In this document: positions 29,048-39,134 of the stretch, one piece after another
Layout: each line of letters begins with the position of its first letter
How positions within the stretch are numbered: position 1 is the first letter of the stretch
The notes under the pieces: model-generated
What the model was told of the DNA's origin: nothing
The model's database searches: none
What the model saw: only the letters and a program-made list of their open reading frames with translations
Assembly: GCA_963422615.1 (NCBI GenBank)
Contig: OY730414.1
Location: 2,464,302-2,528,301, forward strand
DNA length: 64,000 nucleotides
Reading direction: 5' to 3'
DNA from: Longimicrobiales bacterium
GTDB lineage: Bacteria > Gemmatimonadota > Gemmatimonadetes > Longimicrobiales > Gaopeijiaceae
Program-made: the position numbers and the translations under genes

Positions 29048-29540
29048 TTACGGCAGCTCCTCCCGAACGATCCGGGAAGCGGTTCTGCCGTCAAAGCGGC
29101 CCCGGATCCGGGGCACCAGCCGGGACATGACATCGCCCATCCCGGAGATGCCTGCGGCCAGGATTTCCCGGACCATTGCCCGTACCTGTTGGGAAGTAAG
29201 CTCGGGAGGCAGATAGACCCGCAGAACGTTCGCCTGCGCTTCTTCCTTCTCCACCAGATCGGACCTCCCCCAAGCCCTCATCTGAACCGCCGCGTCCCCG
29301 CGCTGCTTGATCGCCCGAGCAACAACGGTGAGAACTGTGCCATTGTGCCATCTAGACGGAGGGAGGTTGAGGTCATGGTCTATTTTCCGCCGCCGTCATC
29401 CAGGGTCCAACCCAAGTCGATTTCCCGGTTCCGCACCTCGTGCAAGCAGCGTAGACAAAACGAGGGTGCGCACCTTGTCCCCGGGCTCGGCGGGCTTCGT
29501 TGAGATCCAAGCGCAGCCGGTTGCCAAGCGAATCTGTCAC
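29048..29540 (-). pseudogene. yqeY: GatB/YqeY-domain gene broken by two +1 frameshifts and a 53-nt insertion
   Basis: Reconstruction: VTDSLGNRLRLDLNEARRAR / DKVRTLVLSTLLA / EVRNREIDLGWTLDDGG / VLTVVARAIKQRGDAAVQMRAWGRSDLVEKEEAQANVLRVYLPPEL...MGDVM...GRFDG. Confidence 0.85.
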
Positions 29541-29817
29541 CTTCGTGTCCCCCACATGTCCTTCGCGGAATCTACCTTCGGCGGCAGGTCAGGAGAACGT
29601 TCCAGAATATGGTCAAAATCGGCACTTCCGTCCTCGCCGAACACCCCTTTTCCCCCTGTCCGGAAAATCTGTCCCAAAACACCATGCCTTTTTCCCGGAA
29701 AACCCGATACTCTGCTTGTCCCGACCAGCATGGGGCCGGGCCGGGGCGGCCGCCAATCCACCCGGGCCGCGCCGGGTCGAAATCACCGGAAAGCCACCCT
29801 AGCGAAGGGAGACACTT

Positions 29818-30432
29818 TTGGTACGGACGACGGAACGCATCGTGGACATCCTGCGCCGAATCGGTCCGGGCGCCTTGTCCGTGGACCGCCTGAGAACCGA
29901 ACTCCGTCGGCACCGACTCTTGGTGGTGCCGAGCCGGGAGAGGCTTCGGACGCTCGCAGAACACTCGGAGGGACGGCTTCTCCTCCTAGAGTTGGAACCG
30001 GATGTGCCTGACGGCGCGTCGGCGACCGGGCCCCTGGGCAGCTGGATGGTCCTCATGGCCGCCCAGGACGCACCGGACCGGTGCAGGATCTGCCATCTCC
30101 TTTGGCGGAGCCTTTCCTCTCTTGCTGGGCGGGTGGAGCCAACCTCCCGCGTGAGCGTAAGCCGCTGGATCCTCCAGGCCTGCCGAGCCCGGCGCATATA
30201 CGCTCTGATCGGCAACGGAATCGGTCCCCCTGGTCCACCCCATCCCCAATTCGGGGCAAAAAGGCCCTTTCGGGACGAGCTTGGGACGGCTGTTTCTACG
30301 ATCAAGGTCCGAGACCGAGCGCCCGACGCTCATCCCCTCGTGGGAACCGGAGGGCGGAAGAGCTCCGGGTCCCAGCTTTACTGGGCAAGGTGTAACAGAT
30401 ACCGATCCGGTGCGCTCAAGCGGGCGGGATGA
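29818..30432 (+). CDS. Hypothetical protein
   Basis: AAGGGAG SD before TTG; protein-like helical first ~130 aa; occupies a gap with no better ORF. Confidence 0.5.
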   Translation: MVRTTERIVDILRRIGPGALSVDRLRTELRRHRLLVVPSRERLRTLAEHSEGRLLLLELEPDVPDGASATGPLGSWMVLMAAQDAPDRCRICHLLWRSLSSLAGRVEPTSRVSVSRWILQACRARRIYALIGNGIGPPGPPHPQFGAKRPFRDELGTAVSTIKVRDRAPDAHPLVGTGGRKSSGSQLYWARCNRYRSGALKRAG

Positions 30433-30541
30433 TCCATTCGCCAATGCCCGGTAGGGCTGCCGTCCCAGACATTACGGGCGAACAACCCTACAAGCTCCTT
30501 TTGGGCAACGTTCGCCCTCACCGCGCGGAAGGAGGAACCCC

Positions 30542-31678
30542 CTAGCCCAATGCCTCCCGCACCCGGGACCAGAAGCTCCGCCGGGAGCCCGGATCGATCT
30601 TCTCGGGGGCGGAGTCCTCCACAGCCCCCAGCTGTCGGATGATCCGTTCCTGCTCGGGGGTAAGTCTGTCCGGGACCCAGACGACCACGCGGATGAGAAG
30701 ATCCCCGTGCCTCCCCCCCTGGAGGTCGGGGATCCCCTCTCCCCGGATCCGGATCATTTCGCCGCTCTGCACCCCTGCGGGGACATTGACCTGGGTCTTC
30801 CCGTCCACCGTCGGAACCGTCAGCCGGACTCCCAGGGCGGCTTGACTGAAGGTGACCGGCAGCTCCACGATCAAGTCGTTGCCGTCTCGGGTAAAGCGGG
30901 GGTCTTCTGCCACCTCCAAGAGGGCAACAATGTCCCCGCGCCCCCCCCCTCTGGGGCCCACGTTGCCCTCGCCCCGCAACGTGATGTAGTTGTCCGGGGT
31001 CACGCCTGCCGGAACCCGAACCTGAACTTCCCTGCTCGACCGTACCCGGCCCTCCCCGTGGCAGACTCGGCAATGACTCGTGATCACCGTCCCCTCCCCG
31101 CGGCAGCGGCCGCAAGGGCTTACGCTCACGAACTGGCCGAATACGGACCGTTCGACCCGACGGGCTTCGCCCGCTCCGCCGCAGTCAGGACACGTAGAGG
31201 GCGGGGCACCGTCCTTGACGCCCGTCCCCCGGCAGGAGGAGCAAAGGTCAAGGACAGACACCCGAACCTTCTTCGTCACCCCAGTGCGAACCTCCCTGAG
31301 CGTCAGCGGAAGGGTAATCCGCAATGACTTCCCCCGGGCGGGCCCGTTGCGGCGCCGATCCCCGAAAAGGTCTTCCAGACCGCCGAACCCCCCGAAGTCC
31401 CGCATGAAGACGTTCAAGGCATCGGAAAAATCGAATCCGCCCGCGAATCCGCCTCGCCCCTTTACCCCTTCCTTGCCGTAACGGTCATAGCGGGCCCGCT
31501 TTTCCGGGTCCCGGAGCACTTCGTACGCCTCCGTCACCTCCTTGAAGCGCTCCTCGGCCTCCTTGGAGCCGGCGTTCCGGTCGGGGTGGTGCTTCAAGGC
31601 GACCCTTCGGTACGCCTTCTTGATCGCTTCCTGATTGGCGTCCTTGGGAATGCCCAACAGGATGTAGTAGTCGGCCAT
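30542..31678 (-). CDS. dnaJ: Chaperone DnaJ
   Basis: J domain HPD, G/F region, four CxxCxGxG repeats. Confidence 0.98.
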   Translation of the reverse strand: MADYYILLGIPKDANQEAIKKAYRRVALKHHPDRNAGSKEAEERFKEVTEAYEVLRDPEKRARYDRYGKEGVKGRGGFAGGFDFSDALNVFMRDFGGFGGLEDLFGDRRRNGPARGKSLRITLPLTLREVRTGVTKKVRVSVLDLCSSCRGTGVKDGAPPSTCPDCGGAGEARRVERSVFGQFVSVSPCGRCRGEGTVITSHCRVCHGEGRVRSSREVQVRVPAGVTPDNYITLRGEGNVGPRGGGRGDIVALLEVAEDPRFTRDGNDLIVELPVTFSQAALGVRLTVPTVDGKTQVNVPAGVQSGEMIRIRGEGIPDLQGGRHGDLLIRVVVWVPDRLTPEQERIIRQLGAVEDSAPEKIDPGSRRSFWSRVREALG

Positions 31679-31697
31679 GTCTTCCTTCCGGTCCCCG

Positions 31698-32756
31698 TCA
31701 GGACTCCAGCATGCGGGTGACCAGAGAGGACGTGTAATCCACGATGGCGATCACCTTTTCGTACGGCATTCGGGTCGGGCCCATGACCCCGACGATTCCC
31801 CTGAGCCCCCCCAGCTTGTATCCGGAGGTGACCAAGGTGAATCCGGCGAGCTCGGGAACGTGCTCCTCCCCGATGGTCACACAGAGGCCCTCCGCATCGG
31901 CCCGGCTTCCCAGCACCTTCGCCAGCAGCTCCTTCCGCTCCGTCAGTTCAATGAGGTCCTTCAGGCGTTCGCGGGTCGAGAACTCGGGCTGGGCCGCGAT
32001 GGCCGATGTCTGCCCAAGCACGACCTGTTCCTGTCCTTCGCCTCCATCGCCGAAGAACTCCTCGCCCGACTCAATGAAGATGTTGAGGATGTCCCGAGCG
32101 GCCGGGTCCTCAACGGCGTCCCTCAGGCGGGTTCCGAAGGAACGGCGGATCTCGACGAATGTCAGCCCGCCCAAGCGCTCGTTCAGCACCTGCTGAAGGC
32201 CGCCCAGGATGTTCTCGGGTGCTTCTCCGGGGAAGTCTACGTACACCGTCCGCACCCATCCGCTGCGGACCGTGAGGACCATGAGCACCTTGCTGGACGA
32301 CACCCGAATCAGGTCGATCTTCTCCAAACAGGCGTGGTCCAGCTGGGGGACCGATCCCACGCCAAGCTCGTTGACCAGAATCCCCAGAGCCCGGGTCGCA
32401 GACTGGAGAATCTGCTCCACCGTCGGCTCGGACGCACGGAGCTCCCGCTTGATTCGGGCCCTCTCAGCATCGGTCAGGGAGCCGGGCCGCATCACCCTGT
32501 CCACGAAAAAGCGATAGGCCAGGTCCGTCGGGACCCTGCCGGCAGAAGGGTGAGGATGGGTCAGATAGCCTTCGTCCTCCAGGTCCGCCATGGTGTTTCG
32601 GATCGTGGCCGGAGAGACCCCCAGGTCGCAGCGGCGCACCAAAGTTCGGCTCCCGGTGGGGGCCGCCGTATCCACATACGTGCGAACAACCGCCTCCAAC
32701 ACCATTCTCTCCCGCCTGGAAAGTGAATGTTCCTCTTTGCGATGCAACCGAGCCAT
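31698..32756 (-). CDS. hrcA: Heat-inducible transcription repressor
   Basis: [44 protein letters not shown]. Confidence 0.97.
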   Translation of the reverse strand: MARLHRKEEHSLSRRERMVLEAVVRTYVDTAAPTGSRTLVRRCDLGVSPATIRNTMADLEDEGYLTHPHPSAGRVPTDLAYRFFVDRVMRPGSLTDAERARIKRELRASEPTVEQILQSATRALGILVNELGVGSVPQLDHACLEKIDLIRVSSSKVLMVLTVRSGWVRTVYVDFPGEAPENILGGLQQVLNERLGGLTFVEIRRSFGTRLRDAVEDPAARDILNIFIESGEEFFGDGGEGQEQVVLGQTSAIAAQPEFSTRERLKDLIELTERKELLAKVLGSRADAEGLCVTIGEEHVPELAGFTLVTSGYKLGGLRGIVGVMGPTRMPYEKVIAIVDYTSSLVTRMLES

Positions 32757-32849
32757 CTTACTGAACCTGCTTGGGGGATGTGGCTCCGGTCCCGTGAAAC
32801 CACCGAGGCCGGGGCGCCACCAACGGTTCCCGTAGAAAAAGATCCTCCG

Positions 32850-34004
32850 TTATGGAATATCTTGTCTGACGGCTTCAAGTTCCAGGGTGAGTTCGTCCAG
32901 AACCAGCCAGCCCGCAGGGGTAAGGCGGACCCTCGTTCCGTCCAACCGGGCCAAGCCCCGGACCTCCCAGCTCCGAACAACGCGGGCCACCGAAGCGCCC
33001 AGCGGTACCGTACGAACCCCTTGGGAGGTCCGCAACCCCAACCAAAGGGATTCCAGCCGTGCCTGTTCGGGTGACAAGATCTCACTTGACGACCGGCCAC
33101 TTCCCGTTCGGGCAACCCGCTCTGCGTAGGCGTCCCATTCCCGCTCGTTCCACCACCGGCGATCGGCGTGGTAACTGTGGGCCCCGTTCCCCAGGCCCAA
33201 GTAGGAAGTGCCCTCCCAGTACGCGCGGTTGTGGCGGGACGAGAAGCCGCGATGAGCGAAACTGGCCACCTCGTAGTGCTCGTATCCGGCAGAGGCCAGG
33301 GCTTCCGAAGCGTACAGATATTCTTCCTGGAATCGGGCCTCGGACGGTCGGGGTGTGCGGCCTTCAGCCACGTTTCGAAATAGGGGCGTTCCCTTTTCGA
33401 CTTCAAGGCCGTACAGGGAAATATGGGGGACGGCCAATTCCAGAGCATGGGCAAGGTCTTCCTCCCAGCAACGCGAAACCGACTCCGGGAGCCCGAAGAT
33501 GAGGTCAATGGACAGATTGGTCACCCCCACATCCCTCGCCCGGCCCACCGCCTTCTCCGCGTCGGCGGCGGAGTGGAGTCTTCCCATCCAGGCCAGGGCA
33601 CCCGGGTCGAAGCTCTGCACCCCGAACGACACGCGATTTACTCCCAGGGCGGCCCACGCTCGGGCAACGGAGCTCGTGAAAGACTCGGGGTTGGCTTCGA
33701 CCGTCCATTCGATGTCGGTGCCGCGGATACGCTCCCGGCCCAAAACGTCCGCGACTCCGCCCACGAAGCGGGGCTCCAAGACCGAGGGCGTGCCCCCACC
33801 CACATAGATCGTCTCCAGCGCAGGCGCCAAGGGAACATCCCCCGATGCCCGCAAGGTTTCGAACTCTTTTCGAATCGCACCCATCCAGCGATCGCCGGCA
33901 GGACGCCGAGCCACCTTGATCGCGAAGTCACAGTAGACGCAGCGCCGGGTGCAGAAAGGAACGTGAATGTACACGTTCCTGATGCTGCGCCCGCTCCTCC
34001 TCAA
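32850..34004 (-). CDS. hemW: Radical SAM heme chaperone HemW
   Basis: YIHVPFCTRRCVYCDF, GGGTPS, EANP, HYEVASF, HNRAYW; TTG overlaps the dprA stop. Confidence 0.93.
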   Translation of the reverse strand: MRRSGRSIRNVYIHVPFCTRRCVYCDFAIKVARRPAGDRWMGAIRKEFETLRASGDVPLAPALETIYVGGGTPSVLEPRFVGGVADVLGRERIRGTDIEWTVEANPESFTSSVARAWAALGVNRVSFGVQSFDPGALAWMGRLHSAADAEKAVGRARDVGVTNLSIDLIFGLPESVSRCWEEDLAHALELAVPHISLYGLEVEKGTPLFRNVAEGRTPRPSEARFQEEYLYASEALASAGYEHYEVASFAHRGFSSRHNRAYWEGTSYLGLGNGAHSYHADRRWWNEREWDAYAERVARTGSGRSSSEILSPEQARLESLWLGLRTSQGVRTVPLGASVARVVRSWEVRGLARLDGTRVRLTPAGWLVLDELTLELEAVRQDIP

Positions 34005-35164
34005 GGCGCTGCCCGAGGGACCTCGCGGGGAACGATGGGACGCCCCCCTCCCGGGGTTCTCATGAACCGCCCGTCTCGGGTCGGGGTGAGAAACCCACGA
34101 AGCTCCAACACGGTGACGGAAGCCGCGACCTCTTCGACGGGCAGCCTCGCCGCCGCGGCGGCCTCCTCTACGGTGACCGGAGTCCCCGGAAGAACCGCCA
34201 ATAGAGCGCGCAGGGCCGGTTCTTCCGGGAGGGTTTCGGCGGGGAAGCAGTCTGCGGGCGTGGGGTTCATGACCACGCCCGCGCCGTCGGCAATGAGGCG
34301 ATTGGTCCCCTCGCTGTTCGGGCGGTCGATGGGACCCGGAACCGCGTGGACTTCCCGGCCCAGATCGAGGGCAATGTCGGCGGTGATCAAGGCACCGCTC
34401 CGCCGAGAAGCCTCGACGATGACGACGTCGGTGGCCAGGGCAGCGATGATGCGGTTGCGTCTGGGAAAGTGATGAGGCTTGGCTTGAACTCCGGGTGGGT
34501 ACTCTGAAACGACGGCACCCCCTTCCAGGATGCGGCGATAGAGGCCGGCATTCCGGAGCGGCGACACCACATCCGCACCGGAACCCAACACCGCCACCGT
34601 GCGATCCGGCAAAGCGCCACGGTGGGCCTCCTCGTCTATGCCCATCGCCATCCCGGAGACCACGCATTGACCCCGGGATACGAAGAACGATGCCAAGCGA
34701 CGGGAGACCCGGCGGCCATAGGCGGTGGCCCGCCGGGAACCAACGATCGCAACGCACGGCCCTCGGAGGAGGCTCCAGTTTCCGAGAACGAAGAGGACGG
34801 AAGGCGGATCGGACAGGTCGTGCAACAGGGAAGGGTATGCAGAGGACCCATAGACAAGAAGATCCATCTTTCTGGCCGCACAGCGCGCAATGACTTCCCG
34901 GGCCGCAGCGGCGGCTCCGGGGCTCCGCCGTGTCCTCCCCGCCCGCGGGCCCGCCAGGGCGGCAAATTCGGAAGCCCTTGCTGTGAGGGCGACCCCAGGG
35001 CTGCCGAAGTGGTCGATCAGGGCCCGAAACCGGGATGGGCCCACCCCGGGCAGGCTCTGCAGGACGAGGGCATCGACGGCTTCCCCGGTTCGGGCCCCCG
35101 GTTGCGTTCCTCCGGGCAGGGCCCCTGCCGGAGCCACAGCTCCTGGGGAAGGGCCGGTCACCAT
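34001..35164 (-). CDS. dprA: DNA-processing protein DprA
   Basis: AIVGSR, VSGMAMGID, FPRRNRIIA, SGALITA, EGTNRLI. Confidence 0.96.
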   Translation of the reverse strand: MVTGPSPGAVAPAGALPGGTQPGARTGEAVDALVLQSLPGVGPSRFRALIDHFGSPGVALTARASEFAALAGPRAGRTRRSPGAAAAAREVIARCAARKMDLLVYGSSAYPSLLHDLSDPPSVLFVLGNWSLLRGPCVAIVGSRRATAYGRRVSRRLASFFVSRGQCVVSGMAMGIDEEAHRGALPDRTVAVLGSGADVVSPLRNAGLYRRILEGGAVVSEYPPGVQAKPHHFPRRNRIIAALATDVVIVEASRRSGALITADIALDLGREVHAVPGPIDRPNSEGTNRLIADGAGVVMNPTPADCFPAETLPEEPALRALLAVLPGTPVTVEEAAAAARLPVEEVAASVTVLELRGFLTPTRDGRFMRTPGGGRPIVPREVPRAAP

Positions 35165-36213
35165 CCGTCCACGGGGGCTTCCGGGTCGTCCGCCGGGACC
35201 CGAGAGCTGTCGCCCGACACTTCGGCGTCGCGACGGGAGGCGGCAAGCTGCCGCCAGCACCCCTCCAGCAGGTGGTTCACACCCTTCCCCGTCACGGCGC
35301 TGATGGCGTAGGTCCCCCAAGCACCGGAAGCATCCACGGCCGGAGCCGCGGCACCTTCCGGGTGAAGGTCCATCTTGGAAAAGACAACGGCAAAGGGAAG
35401 GGCAGCCAGACGGCGAGAGTACTTTTTCAGTTCACTTCGCAGCCCGGCCAGGGACGCCCCGGGATCGCCTCCGTCAACCGCCAAGAGAATGATCAGCACC
35501 CGGGTCCGCTCGATGTGGCGCAAGAAGCGGTGCCCCAGCCCTTTGCCGCCATGCGCACCCTCAATGATCCCGGGAATATCCGCCACAACGAAGGAACGGA
35601 AGTCGGGAAGCTCGACGACCCCCAGATTCGGTGTAAGGGTAGTGAAGGGGTAATCGGCAATCTTCGGCCTCGCACGGCTGATCCGGGACAGGAGGGTAGA
35701 CTTTCCTGCATTGGGCTCCCCGACGAGCCCCACATCGGCGAGAAGCTTCAGCTCCAGACGAACAAGGCGTTGTTCCCCTTCCTCCCCTGGCTCCCAGCGG
35801 TGCGGGGCTTGGCGGGTAGACGAAGCGAAGCGAGCGTTTCCCCTCCCGCCTCTTCCCCCCCGGGCCACGACAAACCGTTCCTCCGCCTTCAACAGCTCTC
35901 CCAGCACCTCCCCGGTTCCATCGTTCACCACCACGGTGCCCAATGGCACGCTCAGCTTCAAATTCCTGCCGCCCCTGCCGGTCCGGTTGGAGCCCTCTCC
36001 GTGCCGACCCCGTTCTGCCCGATAGTGCCGCTTGTAACGAAAGTCGGTCAGGGTCGTGACGTCGGGATCGGCGACGAGAATCACGTGACCGCCCCATCCC
36101 CCGTCGCCCCCGGCGGGTCCTCCACGGGGAACTCCCCTTTCGCGCCGAAACGCTTCGGCCCCCGAGCCGCCTCGACCTCCTTTAACGCTGATCTTCGCGG
36201 AATCAATGAACAT
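35158..36213 (-). CDS. obgE: GTPase ObgE
   Basis: MFIDSAKI, GGDGG, GEPNAGKS, ADYPFTT, DIPG. Confidence 0.98.
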   Translation of the reverse strand: MFIDSAKISVKGGRGGSGAEAFRRERGVPRGGPAGGDGGWGGHVILVADPDVTTLTDFRYKRHYRAERGRHGEGSNRTGRGGRNLKLSVPLGTVVVNDGTGEVLGELLKAEERFVVARGGRGGRGNARFASSTRQAPHRWEPGEEGEQRLVRLELKLLADVGLVGEPNAGKSTLLSRISRARPKIADYPFTTLTPNLGVVELPDFRSFVVADIPGIIEGAHGGKGLGHRFLRHIERTRVLIILLAVDGGDPGASLAGLRSELKKYSRRLAALPFAVVFSKMDLHPEGAAAPAVDASGAWGTYAISAVTGKGVNHLLEGCWRQLAASRRDAEVSGDSSRVPADDPEAPVDGW

Positions 36214-36496
36214 TTCAGGTCACGGGCGACGAACCTGCACGGGCTTCACGTTCCCCTTACCGTGTGGAGATGGACCGCCGACAGAGCCGATCAGGTCTTC
36301 CACGCGCCGAAAGAAAGCACTCGGTGGAACCGAATTCTGCAGGGACCCTCGGGGCGCTGACATGGCCTTGCGGGACCGTACCTGACCGTTCCCCCGCAAG
36401 GCCCGACCCGGGGACGGAAGGCGACGGAAACACGGGAACCGTCGGCGTCAAACCGAGCCGACACCCTCTCCCCTGTCGATGGGGTCCACCGCGTCC

Positions 36497-38170
36497 CTAC
36501 CTCGCATTCGCAACGCCTTCTCCACCGCCCAACTCCTCCTCGCTTGGCCGAACAACCGAGAACGGTGTTCCCGCCAGAGCAAAAAGCTCCTCCTGGCTCC
36601 TGGCAGCGGTGAGGAGTTCCACCGCTTTCCGAAGTTGGGCGTCGGTTCCGGACCGGCGGCCGAAACGGCCCTGGTCGTCCCAAGCCTGAAGGGCGATCTC
36701 GCTCTCCATGTGGTACTCCACATAGCGTCGGGCTCGGAGGAGGTCGTCGAAGGCCACGTTGGCGCCCCGCTCCACCAGGTCGGCGTGGAAGCTGCGCAGG
36801 TCTGCCTCGGTGACCGCAAAGCTCGGTCCCAAACCCGGATGCTCCTGAATGTACTGGAGGGCCCAGCCGGCCAGCGTGGCGAAGAATTCGCCCCCAGCCG
36901 AAAAAATCGTAGCGCGAACGGCGTCCCGCTCGTCGTCGGTCAGGGTGTCCTGCATGACCCAAAGATCCGGGACGATTCCGCCCCCGCCCCGGAGGAGTCG
37001 CCCACCGACGGAAGCAAACCGGGGCTTCTCGTCCAGATCGGGACGCTCGACCACGTCCCCCTGAAGGGTTACGGCTCCGTTTTCCCGCAAAGCGAGCTGG
37101 GCCGACCGCTCCTTTTGAATGGACCGTCCCGAGGGAGTGAACCACCGGGCGGTGGTGAGCTTGAGCACATTCCCGCCCGAAAGGGGGAAAAGGGACTGAA
37201 CCGAGCCCTTGCCGAAGGTGGTAGCGCCAATCAGCAGCGCCCGGTCGTGATCCTGAAGGGCCCCCGCGAGGATTTCAGCAGCCGAGGCGCTGCTCGGTCC
37301 GATCAGGACGACAACGGGCAGGGAGGGATAGCTCTGGTCCCGCTGCGACCGGTAGACCTCGGGCCGGGAGGCCCGTCCCCGGATCTCGACGATATCCAGA
37401 TCCGGGTCCAGGAACAGATCCGTCAACCCGACGCCCTCGTCCAGGAGTCCGCCGCGATTGTTCCGCAAATCCAGCACCAGGGACGACATCCCCTCCGCAC
37501 TCAGGGAATCGATCGCGCTTCGCACTTCTTCAACCGTGGTCCCATTGAAAATGTTGACCGGCACGTATCCGATGCCGCCCTCCAGGAGCATCGTGAAGGG
37601 AGCCGAAGGAACCTGAATCACGGCTCGGGTAACCTCGAAGGGCATGACCGGTACCACGCCCAAGCGCCGTACCCCGATCCGGACGGACGTGCCAGGTCTC
37701 CCCCGCAGCAACCCGACGGCTTGGTCGGTCGCCCACCCCTCTACGGACTCCCCGTCCACCTCCACGATCCGGTCGCCGGGCCGCAACCCTGCCCTCGCTC
37801 CCGGGGTACCGGGAATGGGCGCCACGACCGTGATGTACCCGTCCCGGTCCATCACCTCCAGACCTACGCCGCCGTACTCCCCCTCGGTCCGGATTCGCAC
37901 ATTCTCCCAGTCCGCCGCCTCCAGAAACCTGGAATTGGGGTCTCCCAACCGACCGACCACGCCTTCGACGGCCGCCTTGTACAGGTCGCCGACCTCCAAG
38001 TCGTCAACGTAGTGGCGTCCAATGCGTTCCACGACCTCTTCCAGAAGCTGGGCCTGGAAGTCGTCGCCAGCAGCCCGGGCCATACCCTTCTGCGCAAACC
38101 AGCCCCCGCTGGCAGCGATGAGGAGCGTCAGAACCGCTACGAGCACGACCGTGGACTTCCCTGCCTTCAT
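36497..38170 (-). CDS. S41 carboxy-terminal processing protease with PDZ domain
   Basis: GEYGGVG PDZ, DLRNNRGG, SASAAEI, TFGKGSVQ; GGAGGAG SD. Confidence 0.95.
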   Translation of the reverse strand: MKAGKSTVVLVAVLTLLIAASGGWFAQKGMARAAGDDFQAQLLEEVVERIGRHYVDDLEVGDLYKAAVEGVVGRLGDPNSRFLEAADWENVRIRTEGEYGGVGLEVMDRDGYITVVAPIPGTPGARAGLRPGDRIVEVDGESVEGWATDQAVGLLRGRPGTSVRIGVRRLGVVPVMPFEVTRAVIQVPSAPFTMLLEGGIGYVPVNIFNGTTVEEVRSAIDSLSAEGMSSLVLDLRNNRGGLLDEGVGLTDLFLDPDLDIVEIRGRASRPEVYRSQRDQSYPSLPVVVLIGPSSASAAEILAGALQDHDRALLIGATTFGKGSVQSLFPLSGGNVLKLTTARWFTPSGRSIQKERSAQLALRENGAVTLQGDVVERPDLDEKPRFASVGGRLLRGGGGIVPDLWVMQDTLTDDERDAVRATIFSAGGEFFATLAGWALQYIQEHPGLGPSFAVTEADLRSFHADLVERGANVAFDDLLRARRYVEYHMESEIALQAWDDQGRFGRRSGTDAQLRKAVELLTAARSQEELFALAGTPFSVVRPSEEELGGGEGVANAR

Positions 38171-38231
38171 GGCAATCTCCTCCGTGTGCCCCACAGGCCA
38201 CCCCGACCTACCCGCGCGGGCCTCGCATCCG

Positions 38232-38975
38232 TTATGTAGAGCCGGACCCGAGAGTTTCCGGAAAGCGCAAGCCCAGTTCGCGGCGGACCCGCCTCTCCAC
38301 ATCTTCGACGGTCCCGTCAGCCGGGACAAGCACCGCATTGTCCATGGTGCGGACCCCTTCAATGTACCCCCGGTGGACCCTTCTGAGAAAATCGAGACTC
38401 TCCGCCTCGATCCGATCCGAGGGCACCGTGGGAGGCGGCAAGGGTTCTTCGACTCCCCCATCCGGGATCCCCGAGGAAGGCGCGTCCAGGATTCTCTGCT
38501 CCCCGACCTTCTCGCCCAACCGTCGCCCCCGTTGCCTTTGGCGGGCCCGACTCTCCTCAATGGAAACATCCAGAACCAGGCATAGATCCGGCACCCGACC
38601 GCCCGTCGCATAGCGATTGAACGCCTCGACTCGCTCCCGGTCGATGCCCCGGCCCCAGCCCTGGTACGCAAAGGTGCTCATGTCGAAGCGCTCCGAGACT
38701 ACCCAAGTCCCCGACGCCAACGCCGGTTCCACCACCTTGCGGGTGAGGGCCGCGCGGGCCGCCAAGAAAAGGAAGAGCTCGGCCTCGGGGGGAATGGATA
38801 CGCCACCATCCTTGACCAAGACCCGTATCCGCTCCCCCACTTCGGTGCCTCCGGGCTCTCGGGCCGCCACAACGGACAGGCCCTTCTCCCGGAGAAGCCC
38901 CACCAGACGCGTGGCCTGGGTGGTCTTCCCCACCCCGTCCAAGCCTTCGAAGACGATAAAGCGACCGCAGCTCAC
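38232..38975 (-). CDS. tmk: Thymidylate kinase
   Basis: FIVFEGLDGVGKTT, REPGGT, ERFDMSTFAYQG, DRIE. Confidence 0.94.
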   Translation of the reverse strand: MSCGRFIVFEGLDGVGKTTQATRLVGLLREKGLSVVAAREPGGTEVGERIRVLVKDGGVSIPPEAELFLFLAARAALTRKVVEPALASGTWVVSERFDMSTFAYQGWGRGIDRERVEAFNRYATGGRVPDLCLVLDVSIEESRARQRQRGRRLGEKVGEQRILDAPSSGIPDGGVEEPLPPPTVPSDRIEAESLDFLRRVHRGYIEGVRTMDNAVLVPADGTVEDVERRVRRELGLRFPETLGSGST

Positions 38976-39134
38976 CGAAGGCTCCGGGCGGGCGGCCACC
39001 CCCTTTGCCCGAGCCCTCCCCAGCCGGGGGACTTCATGGAACGTCTCTCCCTGCGGCCGACCGATCTTCGGACGCACCTGCACCCGTAAGGGGCCCGGGC
39101 AGCATGTCGACGTCTGGCCGGGACCGGACCGGAA

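Noticed and set aside
32850..35246. 798-aa extended HemW
   Set aside because: The N-terminal ~410 aa is an off-frame reading of dprA; HemW starts near 34004.
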